Shown in pieces: positions 21,391 through 32,714 of a stretch of DNA of 64,000 nucleotides; position 1 is the stretch's first letter; every line of letters begins with the position of its first letter. The notes below the pieces were generated by a model. That model had not been told where the DNA came from, did no database searches, and worked only from the letters and a program-made list of their open reading frames with translations. Location of the stretch: NCBI GenBank assembly GCA_000002445.1, contig CH464491.1, positions 1,248,001 to 1,312,000 of the forward strand, written 5' to 3'. The stretch comes from Trypanosoma brucei. Its lineage: Eukaryota. The translations under genes and the position numbers were made by a program.

Positions 21391-24300
21391 ATGGACAACT
21401 ATACCATAGTCGAACTTATAGGGGAAGGGTCGTTTGGAAAAGTTTACAAGGCGAGAAGAAAGGGTACGGGTCACATCGTGGCGATGAAGTTCATAGTCAA
21501 GAAAGGTAAAAATGACAAAGAACTTCTTAACCTTCGTAGTGAAATTGAAATTATGACTAAACTCAACCATGACAACATCATAACGTTGTTTGAGGCTTTT
21601 GAAACTCAACAAGAATTCGTTGTGGTAATGGAATACGCCCAAGGTGAATTATTTGAAATTCTTGAAGACGATAAAAAACTCCCCGAAGAGGTTGTCCGGC
21701 GCATCGCGAAGCAATTGTTGCAAGCACTTCATTACTTGCACTCGAACCGCATTATGCACCGCGACATGAAACCTCAGAACATCCTCATAGGACAGAACGG
21801 ATCCGTGAAACTTGCGGATTTCGGATTTGCGAGGACGATGAGCTACAATACGATGGTGCTAACCAGTATTAAGGGAACACCCCTCTATATGGCACCAGAA
21901 CTTGTGCAAGAGCAGCCATACAACCACACAGCAGATTTGTGGTCTCTCGGGTGCATTCTATATGAGTTGTTGTACGGCAAGCCGCCCTTTTATACGAACC
22001 ATCTTTATAAGCTGATCAACCAAATCGTCAACGACCCCGTAAGATTTGAAGAACCTATATCACCGGACTTCAAGTCGCTTTTGAAAGGACTTTTGACCAA
22101 ATCGTTCTCGGCCAGATTAAACTGGCCACATTTACTTAACCACCCATTTGTTGCCATCACTGGGGACGATGAGAAGTGGTTGATGGCGGTAAAACAGCAC
22201 GACACGAAGATGAAGGAACGCATGGAACGACTAGAGTGCCTGCGACATCACGCTCAACCAAACAGGGTTGTTGAATTAGATGCAGGTGGCCCGTGCCAAA
22301 CGCCCGGGAACACGCATGGGTTTCCACTGGGTTCGGAAGAAGATGAAATATTTTCACCTTCCTCGTTAAAGTGTCTACTTTCTCCTTCAGATGGCGAAGG
22401 TTGTATTGAGGCGTTCCGTGGGCTGCTAGTTGCGGTTGAAAACGCTACATCATTGCCCCTTCAGAAAACTGCTTTGTTAGAACGAATCCTACACGTTGGT
22501 GTTTTGGGACCTATAGTACGGCACTTATGTGACAAGCAGTCAGCCGAAATGAGCCGACTTGCTGTCCAGATAATCAAAACCCTCGTGTTTCCGGAGGGTA
22601 ATGCTGTGTTACCGTTTCCTTCTCAGCGACCCTTACAAGAAACAATAGATGCATCACCGCAGCCAGGCGACTTGCCACCTGTTGGCCTTCTTATTCGACA
22701 ACAGGTTTCTCTGGAGCTACTAGAAAAACCCCGAGAGTCCCTCGACTTTCTTGTGAAAGAAGTAATTGAAAATCGTCATGGGTTTCGCGTGGATTGTGTT
22801 AAAATAATTTTCCAGTGTGTGAGGTGGGGAGTAGGTTTTGGACCTGTTTTGACCCAGTTGAAGCTTTTCCCTTCATTTTGGGCGTCATTACTTGACTCCG
22901 TGACAGAGGGAAGCCATTTTCAGACGTACGCGGCACTAGCATTCCACACCGTTTCTGCGATGATTCCGCACATAAAGTTGTCCGCCCCAGATCAGATAAA
23001 TGCAGACAAGGTGTCCGCATTTGTCTCTATTGGTTTGCTAGCCGTGCGTTTCTATGATTTGTCAAAAAGTTCGGATATAGCTGCGCTTAACTCTGCCGCC
23101 GCTGCAGCTCTTCTGGCCGCATTTGTTCACCGGGAAATGAAGGACACAATGGTTTTCGAACCAGACGCGGCGTTCATGGAAGGGTTATGTGCCATAGTGA
23201 AAGATGTAAGAGGAATTGCCGATCGCAATAGTGTCTGGCGAATTCTTGGAAATGGCTATGGCTACCCGGATTACGGATTTTTGGATGGAGTAGTACATAC
23301 TTTGTCGGTGATGTTTTCTAATCCACAATCTATCGTATACCAAAATAGTGGTCAGCTCCCTTCGCGCTCATACCTTGACAGCGATCAAAAAGGACTGTTG
23401 CGCATTGCTGTTGAACTACTCCGCGATAGTGACCCAAAAACCGAACTGTCGCCTAATGGTGTGGTTGCTGCTCTTCGATGCGTGCAGCAGGCCTGCCAGC
23501 ATCAACGAAGGGATGAGCATTTTACTAGTCTTCTGTTGGAACGGATAGAAGCATATCGTGGGGACAGTGGAGGTCCAGTTTCGGTTGCCGGCGTTGTTTG
23601 TCATCAACTACGAGCAAGCTATCTAGGGCAACTTCGCTCTTGGCCCGAACATAGTGGTGGTGGCACGGTTGGAGTAAACGCGCATCTTACCGTAGTTGTT
23701 CAGATACTGCTAGCGGCACTTCAGACATCCAAACAGGGTTCGGAGTCAGACGACGAAGCCAACGCCTCTGTGCAGCAAATTTTTTACAAAGAGGGACTTA
23801 TGGAGATGCTGATTGTTGCGCTTGACTACACTCAGGTAGCATTTTGGGGTCCACCGTTCAACATTATAACAAAGCTGGTGGTAGGGTCACCGCCATTCGC
23901 CAAGGCTTTCGTTGACGGTGGTGGACTGCAGTGTGAGAGAATAGGAAAGGTCCTGGATTCGAAGAAGGCAAGCGCAGGGCTCGTGTCGGACGGACTTAAT
24001 GTTCTCTCTCAACTAGCCCGGCTTTCCAAAGATTTTTACCTGCCAATTCATAATGCAGACTTGTACAGCGCGGTTTTAGAACTGCTGCGGCACAGTGACC
24101 CAGGGATTCGGAGCAAATCATGTAACCTGGTAGGAAACCTATGTAAACACTCACCATACTTGTACGAACCCCTCGCGAGACACGGCATAATTGATATGCT
24201 GGTTGAGAGATGTAGTGACAGGGATCCCGCAACGCAGAAATTTGCAGCATTTGCTGTTGGGAATGCTGCGTTCCACAATGGCTCCCTTTACGAGAAGCTA

Positions 24301-24660
24301 AGGCCTTCGATTCCCGTCATGGTGAAGCTTTTGACTAGTAGCGATGAGAAAACGAGGCAGAACGCTGCTGGAGCCGTAAGTAACTTCGTACGAAATGGAA
24401 GCACACTTACAAACGCACTAATGGAAAACAGTGCTATCGAAACTCTTTCCCACATGCTCAAGAAAGATAAGGTGCCCCTCCGAAAAATTGCACTTATCAC
24501 CATAGGTTCCTTCTGCGCTTATGAAAATTGCAAAGCGAAGTTCCTGGCACTAGGTCTAGAGGGAACTATTAGGCAACTTGAAGAGAGTGGCATCTGTAAT
24601 GTCGATCCCTCCATCACAAAGTACGTGGCACGGATAAGGCAAAGGATTTCGTCCTCGTGA
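21391..24660 (+). CDS. Serine/threonine protein kinase of the Fused/STK36 family, with an N-terminal kinase domain and C-terminal armadillo/HEAT repeats.
   Basis: The track ORF starts at a GTG at 21262. The first ATG, at 21391, gives [34 protein letters not shown]... The kinase subdomains are present: [37 protein letters not shown]. The kinase domain matches human STK36/Fused motif for motif. ARM-like repeats follow, for example GNAAFHN and [13 protein letters not shown]. Confidence 0.85.
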   Translation: MDNYTIVELIGEGSFGKVYKARRKGTGHIVAMKFIVKKGKNDKELLNLRSEIEIMTKLNHDNIITLFEAFETQQEFVVVMEYAQGELFEILEDDKKLPEEVVRRIAKQLLQALHYLHSNRIMHRDMKPQNILIGQNGSVKLADFGFARTMSYNTMVLTSIKGTPLYMAPELVQEQPYNHTADLWSLGCILYELLYGKPPFYTNHLYKLINQIVNDPVRFEEPISPDFKSLLKGLLTKSFSARLNWPHLLNHPFVAITGDDEKWLMAVKQHDTKMKERMERLECLRHHAQPNRVVELDAGGPCQTPGNTHGFPLGSEEDEIFSPSSLKCLLSPSDGEGCIEAFRGLLVAVENATSLPLQKTALLERILHVGVLGPIVRHLCDKQSAEMSRLAVQIIKTLVFPEGNAVLPFPSQRPLQETIDASPQPGDLPPVGLLIRQQVSLELLEKPRESLDFLVKEVIENRHGFRVDCVKIIFQCVRWGVGFGPVLTQLKLFPSFWASLLDSVTEGSHFQTYAALAFHTVSAMIPHIKLSAPDQINADKVSAFVSIGLLAVRFYDLSKSSDIAALNSAAAAALLAAFVHREMKDTMVFEPDAAFMEGLCAIVKDVRGIADRNSVWRILGNGYGYPDYGFLDGVVHTLSVMFSNPQSIVYQNSGQLPSRSYLDSDQKGLLRIAVELLRDSDPKTELSPNGVVAALRCVQQACQHQRRDEHFTSLLLERIEAYRGDSGGPVSVAGVVCHQLRASYLGQLRSWPEHSGGGTVGVNAHLTVVVQILLAALQTSKQGSESDDEANASVQQIFYKEGLMEMLIVALDYTQVAFWGPPFNIITKLVVGSPPFAKAFVDGGGLQCERIGKVLDSKKASAGLVSDGLNVLSQLARLSKDFYLPIHNADLYSAVLELLRHSDPGIRSKSCNLVGNLCKHSPYLYEPLARHGIIDMLVERCSDRDPATQKFAAFAVGNAAFHNGSLYEKLRPSIPVMVKLLTSSDEKTRQNAAGAVSNFVRNGSTLTNALMENSAIETLSHMLKKDKVPLRKIALITIGSFCAYENCKAKFLALGLEGTIRQLEESGICNVDPSITKYVARIRQRISSS

Positions 24661-24963
24661 CATTTTACTTTGGAGCATCAGGAGGGAACGGTGGCACCAT
24701 CATTGTTGTAATTGAAGAAATACAAGTAAAATACAATAGCGATACACCATCCCTAATTTCCTTGCTTTAACCCATATACGTTGGCTTCAAGTCAACAGTT
24801 TCCGTTATTTAAATCGCGACGTTAGAGGAAATGATCCCTTTCTCTCGTCTTTTTCTATTAGATTCCGTGGTTAAGGAAAACAAGTGAAGTGGAGGTGGAA
24901 AGGAGAGCCAGTTGGAGAGAAAAACCACGTACACAAGTTTTACAGAATAAATCAAGGTCAGAT

Positions 24964-26721
24964 ATGCCAGTAAATCCTGAACCACAGGATCTTGAGGCGA
25001 TGTTCGCAAGGACAAAGGCATATCTCATGTGCGCGAATAAGGACGGTGTGAGTGTTTATGATCAGCTAACACGGATGATGGAGCAACTGCTGGACCAAAA
25101 CCCACACGACATCGCCAACAACCCATCTAAGTTTAATGATATGTTCACTCTTCTGCAAAAACACAGTTTTGTAGATGGTGAAAGCACTGAGGCATGCAAC
25201 GAACCGTGCCCCGTCCCTCCATCGGAGCTGTCTCGCCTCGCGGAGAACGAGCGGCTGTTTGAACGTGCACCACCGGAAATCCAGACTACCATAGAACAGC
25301 CCGATCCCTACACGACGATAACAACAACACGCGTTGTGCCGCGCACAGCACCCTCGTATGATTCAGTTGAGCAAAACAACCTTTACTGGTGTTGGGCAGG
25401 ATGTGGTATGGCTGAAGAGGAAGCATTCCTGTTGGACAGGTCCATTACTCTTTTGGCGATGGAAAAGAACCTTGAAGAGGTTCGTTTTGTTGGGAAAATA
25501 TTTGGTACGCAAGGAAACTATTATGTTGTTTCAAGTCGCCGCTATGTGCAAGAGGGTGAGAAAATATACAAAGAGGTTAACACGATGCCCCGGCCCGCGA
25601 GACGGAGTTTGGAGGTCCCAGTACAGCCAGAACCCGGTTTCGTTGGTGTGAATCGTCTTTCATTTTGGGTGACATCAAACCCCGCCGCCCAGTGGACTCT
25701 ACTTCCAGACGTCACACCGCAACAAATATGTGCGGGTCGACGTATTAAGCGTCTTTTTAGCGGGAATCTCAATGCACCTGTTGTGTGTAGTCCCCCCTTT
25801 GAATGGAACGAGTCCGTTTACCTTCGCGTTCAGCTTAGCCGTATAGTCAGTGGCACGTACATATCTCCTCTTGGGGCTCTGGAAGAGCCTGATGAGGACA
25901 ACGAGGAGGACGAAGACGAAGATGAGGAGGAAACTCTAAGTAAACCAAAGGAGGCGAAATATCGCCCTCTCACGCAGGTGGTGAGGGGGTTTGCCACCGA
26001 AGAGGAGAGTGATGTAACGCAGTGGGCGAAGCTTGACCAGTGGGTTCATTCTGAAGGTTATATTTATGAGAATGGCCGGCAGACCAAGGTTCCAGAGAAA
26101 CTGGAGGAAGAGGAAGAGGAAGAGGAGTTCCAAAAGATGGAAGATGAAGAAGAGGAGGAGGAAGTTGAGCAGCAGGAAGAAGAGGAAAGAGAGCTGTTTA
26201 CCCCTATCCAATCCGATTATCTCTACGCAGTAGTTAATGTTCCGGAAGCACCAGTTATTGATGATGAGGAAGAGGAGGAAGAGGATGAGTACGAACCGGA
26301 AGAGGTCGCAGAACCACCGGAGGAGGAAACCGACGACCTTCCTCCAAAACCTCTAACGGATGACGAGGTGCCAGACGACGACCCAACTAGGGTGAAGATC
26401 GCGGCGTGGACGGTGCGGACTGTAAACAACAACAGCAAAATGCACCGTGTGGTAGTCATGAAATCGTTGCGGTGGCCGGGCGCCATTGCTTTCGCGGCAG
26501 AAGGTGGTAAGAGATGGGGCTGTGTTTACTTTGGGAATGGTCTAAAGAAGACAGATTTTGCTTTCACACCAACGCTCGCTCCGCCGGTGCTTTTAGAATG
26601 TGCTGACATTACCGAGGTTGATGATCCGACACCTACAATGGAGAAGCTCGCCCGCCGCGGCGAGGACCTGCCGGAACCAGATTCTGAGGATCCAGCTGAG
26701 GAAGAGGAAGAAGAAATGTAA
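24964..26721 (+). CDS. Radial spoke head protein (RSP4/6 family), an axonemal component.
   Basis: It starts at an ATG at 24964 (MPVNPEPQD...). The N-terminal SVYDQLTRMMEQLLDQNPHDIANNPSKF matches the conserved SxY(D/E)HL...ERPENAVD block of radial spoke head proteins. The C-terminal half has long poly-Glu/Asp tracts, which is typical of RSP4/6. Confidence 0.65.
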   Translation: MPVNPEPQDLEAMFARTKAYLMCANKDGVSVYDQLTRMMEQLLDQNPHDIANNPSKFNDMFTLLQKHSFVDGESTEACNEPCPVPPSELSRLAENERLFERAPPEIQTTIEQPDPYTTITTTRVVPRTAPSYDSVEQNNLYWCWAGCGMAEEEAFLLDRSITLLAMEKNLEEVRFVGKIFGTQGNYYVVSSRRYVQEGEKIYKEVNTMPRPARRSLEVPVQPEPGFVGVNRLSFWVTSNPAAQWTLLPDVTPQQICAGRRIKRLFSGNLNAPVVCSPPFEWNESVYLRVQLSRIVSGTYISPLGALEEPDEDNEEDEDEDEEETLSKPKEAKYRPLTQVVRGFATEEESDVTQWAKLDQWVHSEGYIYENGRQTKVPEKLEEEEEEEEFQKMEDEEEEEEVEQQEEEERELFTPIQSDYLYAVVNVPEAPVIDDEEEEEEDEYEPEEVAEPPEEETDDLPPKPLTDDEVPDDDPTRVKIAAWTVRTVNNNSKMHRVVVMKSLRWPGAIAFAAEGGKRWGCVYFGNGLKKTDFAFTPTLAPPVLLECADITEVDDPTPTMEKLARRGEDLPEPDSEDPAEEEEEEM

Positions 26722-27075
26722 ATACACTAACGTTGTATAAGTTGGGCTGCACGTGAATCCTTGTAGGGAACTTGTCTCATGCAGGGGACGCTTGAAGGAA
26801 GGAATGAAGTGCGTACTGAAGAGGGAAGAAGTGGAAACTTGAGACAAGCCTTCATCCCTCTCCCAGCATGCCCCCTTACAACGTCTAGAGAATGTAGACT
26901 CGAACATTAGCAGCCTTGTTGGAGTTATTGTTTTTATTTTCGTAGACTGTTATGCCTCCATCTTACGTTAGTGCCTAACGTTATGTACAACATCGGATGA
27001 ATCACTCCAAGCTCTGTGTGACCCACTTGTCCCAAGGATGTCGCCCGGTATTCAACATGGGCGTGATTCTCAATG

Positions 27076-27148
27076 CATTTTGTTTTTTCGTACTGTCTCG
27101 TCTTGTCATACGTCTTTTTTTTTAAAAAAATGAAAACGTTTACTGTAG
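27076..27148 (+). promoter_or_regulatory. Polypyrimidine tract plus AG, the likely trans-splice acceptor region for the acyl-CoA synthetase gene.
   Basis: The sequence is T-rich (tgttttttcgtactgtctcgtcttgtcatacgtcttttttttt) and is followed by tactgtAG about 95 nt upstream of the ATG at 27242. Confidence 0.4.
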
Positions 27149-27241
27149 CGCCTCGTGGCGACTTGGTATATTGAAAACAAGGAGGAAAAAAAAGTTCGGG
27201 GGCCCCGAAGGTGTGATTCGCAGGACGTTATTCGGCCTGGA

Positions 27242-29239
27242 ATGAGGCGTTTGCTCGGCCTGACCACACTCCCAGGTCGCAACAGCTTTGCGCTCCAAGT
27301 TGGCTACCGTCTTGGAACGAGTGTGGCTGGCACATTCTACTCAGAGTCGGACACCGCTGCCGGTGCTTCGATGAACAATGATATGCGGCTGGGGATAGTA
27401 ATAAAACCTCAAAGCACACTTGTTGATCTGTGGGAACAAGCCGTTAAGGCGTGGCCAATGCGCCGCTTTCTTGGGGCAAAGGTATGGGTTCGTGGACAGT
27501 TAGGTTACGTTTGGGCAACCTATGAGTCTATTGAGCAGGAGGCCTCGGTCATGCGCACACTGCTTAATCAGATGGGTGTGGGAAAGGGTGGTCGAGTCGT
27601 TGTAATTAGCGAGAACCGCTATGAGTGGGTTGTGGTTCATCTGGCGTCATTGCAGTTGGGCGCACAATTTGTAGTCCTACCCACCAATGTCACTCCAAAA
27701 GAAGCGGAGCTAGTATTAAAAAGCACTCAAGCCAGGGTTTTATTTGTCGAGTCTACGTCGGCATACACTGCTGTTAAGGGTTGGGTTGGCGAAGTTGGTC
27801 AGCTGCAGCACATTATTTGCTTTGAGGATCAAATTGGGGAGGGTAGTTATGCAGTTGCTATCAGTATAGCGTCAGACGTACCTGAAAAGACACCAGCGCG
27901 AAAAGATGTCACTTCAGAGGACACTGCTATGATCATGTTTTCGGCAGGGACCACAGGGCCACCAAAGGGAGTGATGCTCTCACACAAGAATCTTGTAGCG
28001 AACGTAAGCTCCATATACGCCCACGTTGGGGAAGCCATCACGCACACGGACATGTTTATGTCACTTTGCTCCTGGTGTGTTGCGGGAGCCTTGACAACAG
28101 AACTTTACCAGGCTATTTGTAAGGGAGCTTGCGTTTGCATTCCCCCCGAACAGCTAGAAGGGTTTCAAGATCTTCCGCTCGTCCAACCAAGTGTAATTGT
28201 TACAGTTGCCCAACCATTTCAGAGGGCTTATGCCAACATCGTTGATAACATCATGAATCGCAGTACTCTTACAAAGGACTTAACGCGCTTCACACTGGGG
28301 CGCATCACAGAAAACCGGCTGATGATGCAAAAACCGGGTTCCATCTTGCGGACCGCGTCTAATATTTTTCTCGGAAAATTCAAGGCCCAATTTGGATCGG
28401 AGCTTCGCATTGCATTTATTATCGGCAGCCAACTGACAAGAGACCAGATGGAGTTACTTGCAGACTTGGATGTTTTCACCGTCAGTACGTACGGTTGTTT
28501 GGAGGCAGGGGGGCTGATAGCTACTGACCTTGATGTCCCGCTTCGTCTCAAGGCGCTACCAGGTGTGGAAATCCGTGTTGTGAACGATAAAAACGAAATT
28601 GTGGCTCCAGGGTACGTTGGTGAGGTACTCATTGAGGCGCCGCATGCAATGCAGGGCTACTTTGACGTTCACATCGATCCTGAGGAGGCTAAGAATTCCC
28701 TTGTTGCTTATGGGGGCCGAACGTTCGTGCGCACTGGTGACTACGGGTCTATGACCGGCGGCTGGCTGACGATCAAGGGGAACAAAGACATACTTATCAG
28801 ACTCCAGAATGGGACGGTGGTGGACCCTTTGGAGGTTGAGGGGACTCTAATCAAAAGTCCCTTCATCAAACAGATATTTGTGTACGGTGAAGGTCGTCCT
28901 TACCTCTGTGCCCTGGTGGTTCCCAACGCGAAGGCAATCGCCTCTCATTTGCGGAAGGTTGAGCGGCGGGATGGTGTGCCTATCGTAAGCGAGCGCGAAA
29001 AGGCTGACTGCATCCGAGCAGAGCTCAGGCGCGTATCGCAGGGGTTGCCTACGAGGTCTCATGTTCGCCGGTTCGCATTCATTGAGGAGCTTACCCTCGC
29101 TAATGGTTTCATCACCTGCAAATATGGTTTTGCGAGACAAAGAGTGGAAAGGCACTACGTGCATTACTTTGATGCCATGTACGACGAAACGCCATTGTTC
29201 TTTGGGCACGCCGTGGACGACTATGATGATCTGTTTTGA
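27242..29239 (+). CDS. Long-chain fatty acyl-CoA synthetase (AMP-binding / ANL superfamily).
   Basis: The track ORF starts at a GTG at 27155; the first ATG is at 27242 (MRRLLGLTT...). The AMP-binding signature is present: IMFSAGTTGPPKGVMLSHKNL. The conserved TGD motif is present in ...RTGDYGSMTGGWLTIKGNKDILIRLQNG... Confidence 0.8.
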   Translation: MRRLLGLTTLPGRNSFALQVGYRLGTSVAGTFYSESDTAAGASMNNDMRLGIVIKPQSTLVDLWEQAVKAWPMRRFLGAKVWVRGQLGYVWATYESIEQEASVMRTLLNQMGVGKGGRVVVISENRYEWVVVHLASLQLGAQFVVLPTNVTPKEAELVLKSTQARVLFVESTSAYTAVKGWVGEVGQLQHIICFEDQIGEGSYAVAISIASDVPEKTPARKDVTSEDTAMIMFSAGTTGPPKGVMLSHKNLVANVSSIYAHVGEAITHTDMFMSLCSWCVAGALTTELYQAICKGACVCIPPEQLEGFQDLPLVQPSVIVTVAQPFQRAYANIVDNIMNRSTLTKDLTRFTLGRITENRLMMQKPGSILRTASNIFLGKFKAQFGSELRIAFIIGSQLTRDQMELLADLDVFTVSTYGCLEAGGLIATDLDVPLRLKALPGVEIRVVNDKNEIVAPGYVGEVLIEAPHAMQGYFDVHIDPEEAKNSLVAYGGRTFVRTGDYGSMTGGWLTIKGNKDILIRLQNGTVVDPLEVEGTLIKSPFIKQIFVYGEGRPYLCALVVPNAKAIASHLRKVERRDGVPIVSEREKADCIRAELRRVSQGLPTRSHVRRFAFIEELTLANGFITCKYGFARQRVERHYVHYFDAMYDETPLFFGHAVDDYDDLF

Positions 29240-29658
29240 CGTGGTTTTTTTGTGCTTATAAGCATCGGTCACAAATCCCTGTATTTACAGGTAAGGCGTA
29301 TGTGTGGATTCCACGGTTACGTAAGGGTCCCCGGCTAGCCGCCGATAGTCGAACTACATCATAGGAGACGTATCGTAATAGCCCTCTGTTTCCCTTTCGT
29401 CTTTGGTCTGTCAGGCTTTTGACCTTTGTGGCATTGATTCTGTAATTGAATTACTCTTGGTCGTTAATTTTGCAATTTTTCCACCCCCCTCCCTCCCTCT
29501 TGCACTACTGCCCCCCTGGCAAATACTTCGTTTCGTGCCAAGAAGGAAGCCAAAAAGCAACCCTGCAAGGAGGGTCCCACGCGCTTGAAGGGAGTTCGGG
29601 CGCCGGCCGTTGCCGTGAAGGCGCAAGAGGCGTTGGTGTCGTCACCCTAACGGGTTCA

Positions 29659-32424
29659 ATGAGTCTCTCCAATCAACTTCCGCGCTGCGCAACTCCGCTA
29701 TTTTACCAGTTAGCGGAGAATTCTGACCAATTTGAAAGTATTAACGACATGGTCATAATTTTGCAGCAACAGTTTGTTCGGCTTTTTAAGACCCCTGATA
29801 CACCGATGGGGGCGCAAAAGTCTACGGCTTCTTCTATAGCTTCCAAGGAAGAGGAGAAGCTCCTTGCAGTTCGCGCCGTCCACGCGTTGCACACAGTGGG
29901 TGCAGTGCGTCACGGTGATTTCTTTCGGAGTGAGTTGTACCACACCAACGCAGCCTTTTTTATCCAGGAGATGCTTGGGTGTCTTGTCGGGGATAGGCGG
30001 AATTGGTACCGTCAGCTACAAGTTGAGAGCCTCCGTGGGTGTTTGGCGGTAGTGCAGGCCGTAGGTTACGGTAACACCAGGCTGTGTTTACCGGGTATAG
30101 TTTCTGCATGTACAAAATACCTTGTCCGCGCACACCATGGTACGGATGCTGCAGACGTGCGCGTCGCTGCGGTTAACCTTATGCGCGTAGCACTCACGGT
30201 TTCGCTCGTACAACAACAGGACAATGAAGGATGGCTTAGGGAGACGGTTGATCACCTAGGGCGTGGCATGGGTCGGTTGCTTGCACCAGAAGAACTGGTT
30301 GGAACAGAGATCGGTCTTCCTGTTATGAAGGCGATGCTGCGTCTTGTCGTGGATCTTCTTGCGCTTCAGTCGCTGAATACACTTGTGTCGACTCAGCTGG
30401 TGAGAGAGCTCCTGGTGGGTTACTTTGTGCTGGAAAACCTTGTTCATCTTGAGGGTGAAAACACGCGTGACGAGATGAATTGTGTCCCTTCTTCTCTCTT
30501 GGAAAACGAGGAGGTTGTAAGCATGCTTCATGGGAGGCTGAAGGCTCTGCAGAAGGTAGAGTTGCTGCACTACTCCTCGTCACTGTTGCGCTGTGAGGGC
30601 ACACGCACTATCGTCTTTAGTGAAGAAACCCAGTTCCAATGCGTGATGGGCCAGTGCATCCGTGTTGCCGGGACCCAGATGGGCATGGAAGAGTTTTGTG
30701 GAGTACGAGGGAGTGCAAGTCGTATTTGCAGTATCGTAGATGGGTTTATCGAGTGTTTGGCGTACAACGTGCATCTAGTAGCGCTGGGGCCACTGAGACT
30801 AGCCACCTTTATAGATGAGTGTGAGGCGACGCTTTCCGACTGGGACCTGTATGCGCTCCATCCACCTACCATTTACGTTCTGACTCGACTCATCGTTTGG
30901 CAGTTCAAGACTCCTATGTGGGTTGTGGGAGCCTCTGCTGATGGTGCTGTGGATGGTACGGCGAAGAGGGATCTTCCAGTGGAGGATTTGATTCTCTCCG
31001 GGACATTTGAGCACCTGTGGAGTGTTGTCGCTAAACCACACTTGTGGAACATTACAGAAGATGAGGATCTATGCACTTACAAGCAACTGCAGCACCGTCG
31101 CATAGTCGCTGCGACCATCCTTAGATTTTTGGAGATCACTGCACAAACGTTGCGCGGTATCCCGAGCGGTCGAAGTGCAAAACGGAGGCGTGCGTTGCGG
31201 CGACTGAACGTACTTATGCTGTATCTTGTGCTTGAGAAAGCGGTTATTGCAGGTATCGTACACGATGTCGCGATGCGGGTTATTGATGCATTCAGTGAGG
31301 CATCCAGTCAGTCCGACACCCTTTTATTTTTCCTGGAAAGCAGTGACTTCATCGCCGATGAGGCTGCGCGGGCCGTTACGGAGGAGGAGCTCCGCATCTC
31401 AGCAGCCAATGTGCTTCACGGTGGTGTCAATTTCATTCGGTCAAGGCTTTTTGCCGTGTCTCGTAGGGATGTAATTGCTTCGAATACTAAAGAGTCACGA
31501 CGGTGGGTTCAGGTGATTAAAGGTTCCGACGTTGCCATTACTGCTTCGGAAAGCATCGTGTCGAAGGTAGCTGACTTTGTTACTTCCTCCATAAAGGTTG
31601 CAAGTGACGGGTGCCGCCGAGCCACACTTCAGGAGGATGCCGCCGGCGCACGAGCAGCCGTTATTCTACTCACAAGTTGCTTCGAGCTGAGCGCGTTACT
31701 AAACCGCTCGGTTCCGCAGTTGGGCTTTGATGAGGATCGAGACACCGTGACTACTGCAGCGCATCCTCGGGTTCAAATACTACAGCTTGCAGTGCTTGAA
31801 GCAGTGCAGATGTTACTAGCTTACTGTGCGCGAAACGACGGGGTATCGCCTTATGTCGTACGAGCCGTGGGATGCGGTCTTACTGTGTTTCTAACCACAC
31901 CTAAGGCCGCTGCATGGGAGCATGAGGATGATACCGGTGACGAAGGTCGACTGCCGTGTGTATTTCCGTGGGAAGTTGATGTCCCACCTGTTTTGTCGCG
32001 TCATCACTTGCGTACGGTGTACAGGGCGTACCTCGTGTTTTTGGCCATCCTCGCCGAGCCTGTTGCTACCATAACAGCACCAAACGCAGCAAAGCAGCGC
32101 TCCGCGGCGGAGCGTAGGGTCCTTGAGGGCGTTAGACCGAAACCTGGTGTCTTGGCGGCGTTGGATGGCCTTGAGACACTTTTCACATTGTCGACAGAGT
32201 TCCTCTCCCAACGTATGGTGGAAGAGGTTCTTCCTGCGGTTCTCACCTGGTACGAACGTGGAGCACTATCTAGGATTCCCACCGGGACAGAAGAAAAGCT
32301 GAAGCTAGCTGTGAAGAAGTTTGTTGAGTCTGTGTGTGATATTGAGCCCTCTATAACTCAAAATTTACATGAGGCATGTGCACAGCTGCTTCCCCACACG
32401 CTTTTCTCCACACTCCTGGAATAA
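29659..32424 (+). CDS. Hypothetical alpha-helical protein (921 aa), possibly a HEAT/ARM-like repeat protein.
   Basis: The track ORF begins in the polyY tract (…FFHPPPSLLHYCPPGK…). The first ATG after the tract is at 29659 (MSLSNQLPRCATPLFYQL...). The composition is complex and Leu/Ala/Val-rich helical. No catalytic motif is recognisable. Confidence 0.55.
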   Translation: MSLSNQLPRCATPLFYQLAENSDQFESINDMVIILQQQFVRLFKTPDTPMGAQKSTASSIASKEEEKLLAVRAVHALHTVGAVRHGDFFRSELYHTNAAFFIQEMLGCLVGDRRNWYRQLQVESLRGCLAVVQAVGYGNTRLCLPGIVSACTKYLVRAHHGTDAADVRVAAVNLMRVALTVSLVQQQDNEGWLRETVDHLGRGMGRLLAPEELVGTEIGLPVMKAMLRLVVDLLALQSLNTLVSTQLVRELLVGYFVLENLVHLEGENTRDEMNCVPSSLLENEEVVSMLHGRLKALQKVELLHYSSSLLRCEGTRTIVFSEETQFQCVMGQCIRVAGTQMGMEEFCGVRGSASRICSIVDGFIECLAYNVHLVALGPLRLATFIDECEATLSDWDLYALHPPTIYVLTRLIVWQFKTPMWVVGASADGAVDGTAKRDLPVEDLILSGTFEHLWSVVAKPHLWNITEDEDLCTYKQLQHRRIVAATILRFLEITAQTLRGIPSGRSAKRRRALRRLNVLMLYLVLEKAVIAGIVHDVAMRVIDAFSEASSQSDTLLFFLESSDFIADEAARAVTEEELRISAANVLHGGVNFIRSRLFAVSRRDVIASNTKESRRWVQVIKGSDVAITASESIVSKVADFVTSSIKVASDGCRRATLQEDAAGARAAVILLTSCFELSALLNRSVPQLGFDEDRDTVTTAAHPRVQILQLAVLEAVQMLLAYCARNDGVSPYVVRAVGCGLTVFLTTPKAAAWEHEDDTGDEGRLPCVFPWEVDVPPVLSRHHLRTVYRAYLVFLAILAEPVATITAPNAAKQRSAAERRVLEGVRPKPGVLAALDGLETLFTLSTEFLSQRMVEEVLPAVLTWYERGALSRIPTGTEEKLKLAVKKFVESVCDIEPSITQNLHEACAQLLPHTLFSTLLE

Positions 32425-32714
32425 GGAGATTGTGTTTCATTTCTGCACTGTCGGTCGTAGTCGACCGCTTTACACAGCATCTGTTATTTCCCATGTTGGA
32501 AACGGCAAGATTTATAGTGGCGGTATCGACGAAGTTGTGGCGCAAATTTTGCTCAACTGTATCTGTGTTTTCGCTTATTTCAATCAACATAAGGGTTGTT
32601 TGCTGGTTTATATCGTAATTCATCATTATTTCTTTCTCTTAATGGCTCGTGCCCCTTTTCTGCGGAAGTCATAACCTGGTAGGTTTGAAGAAGGCAGAGA
32701 CTCGTGTTGAGAAC

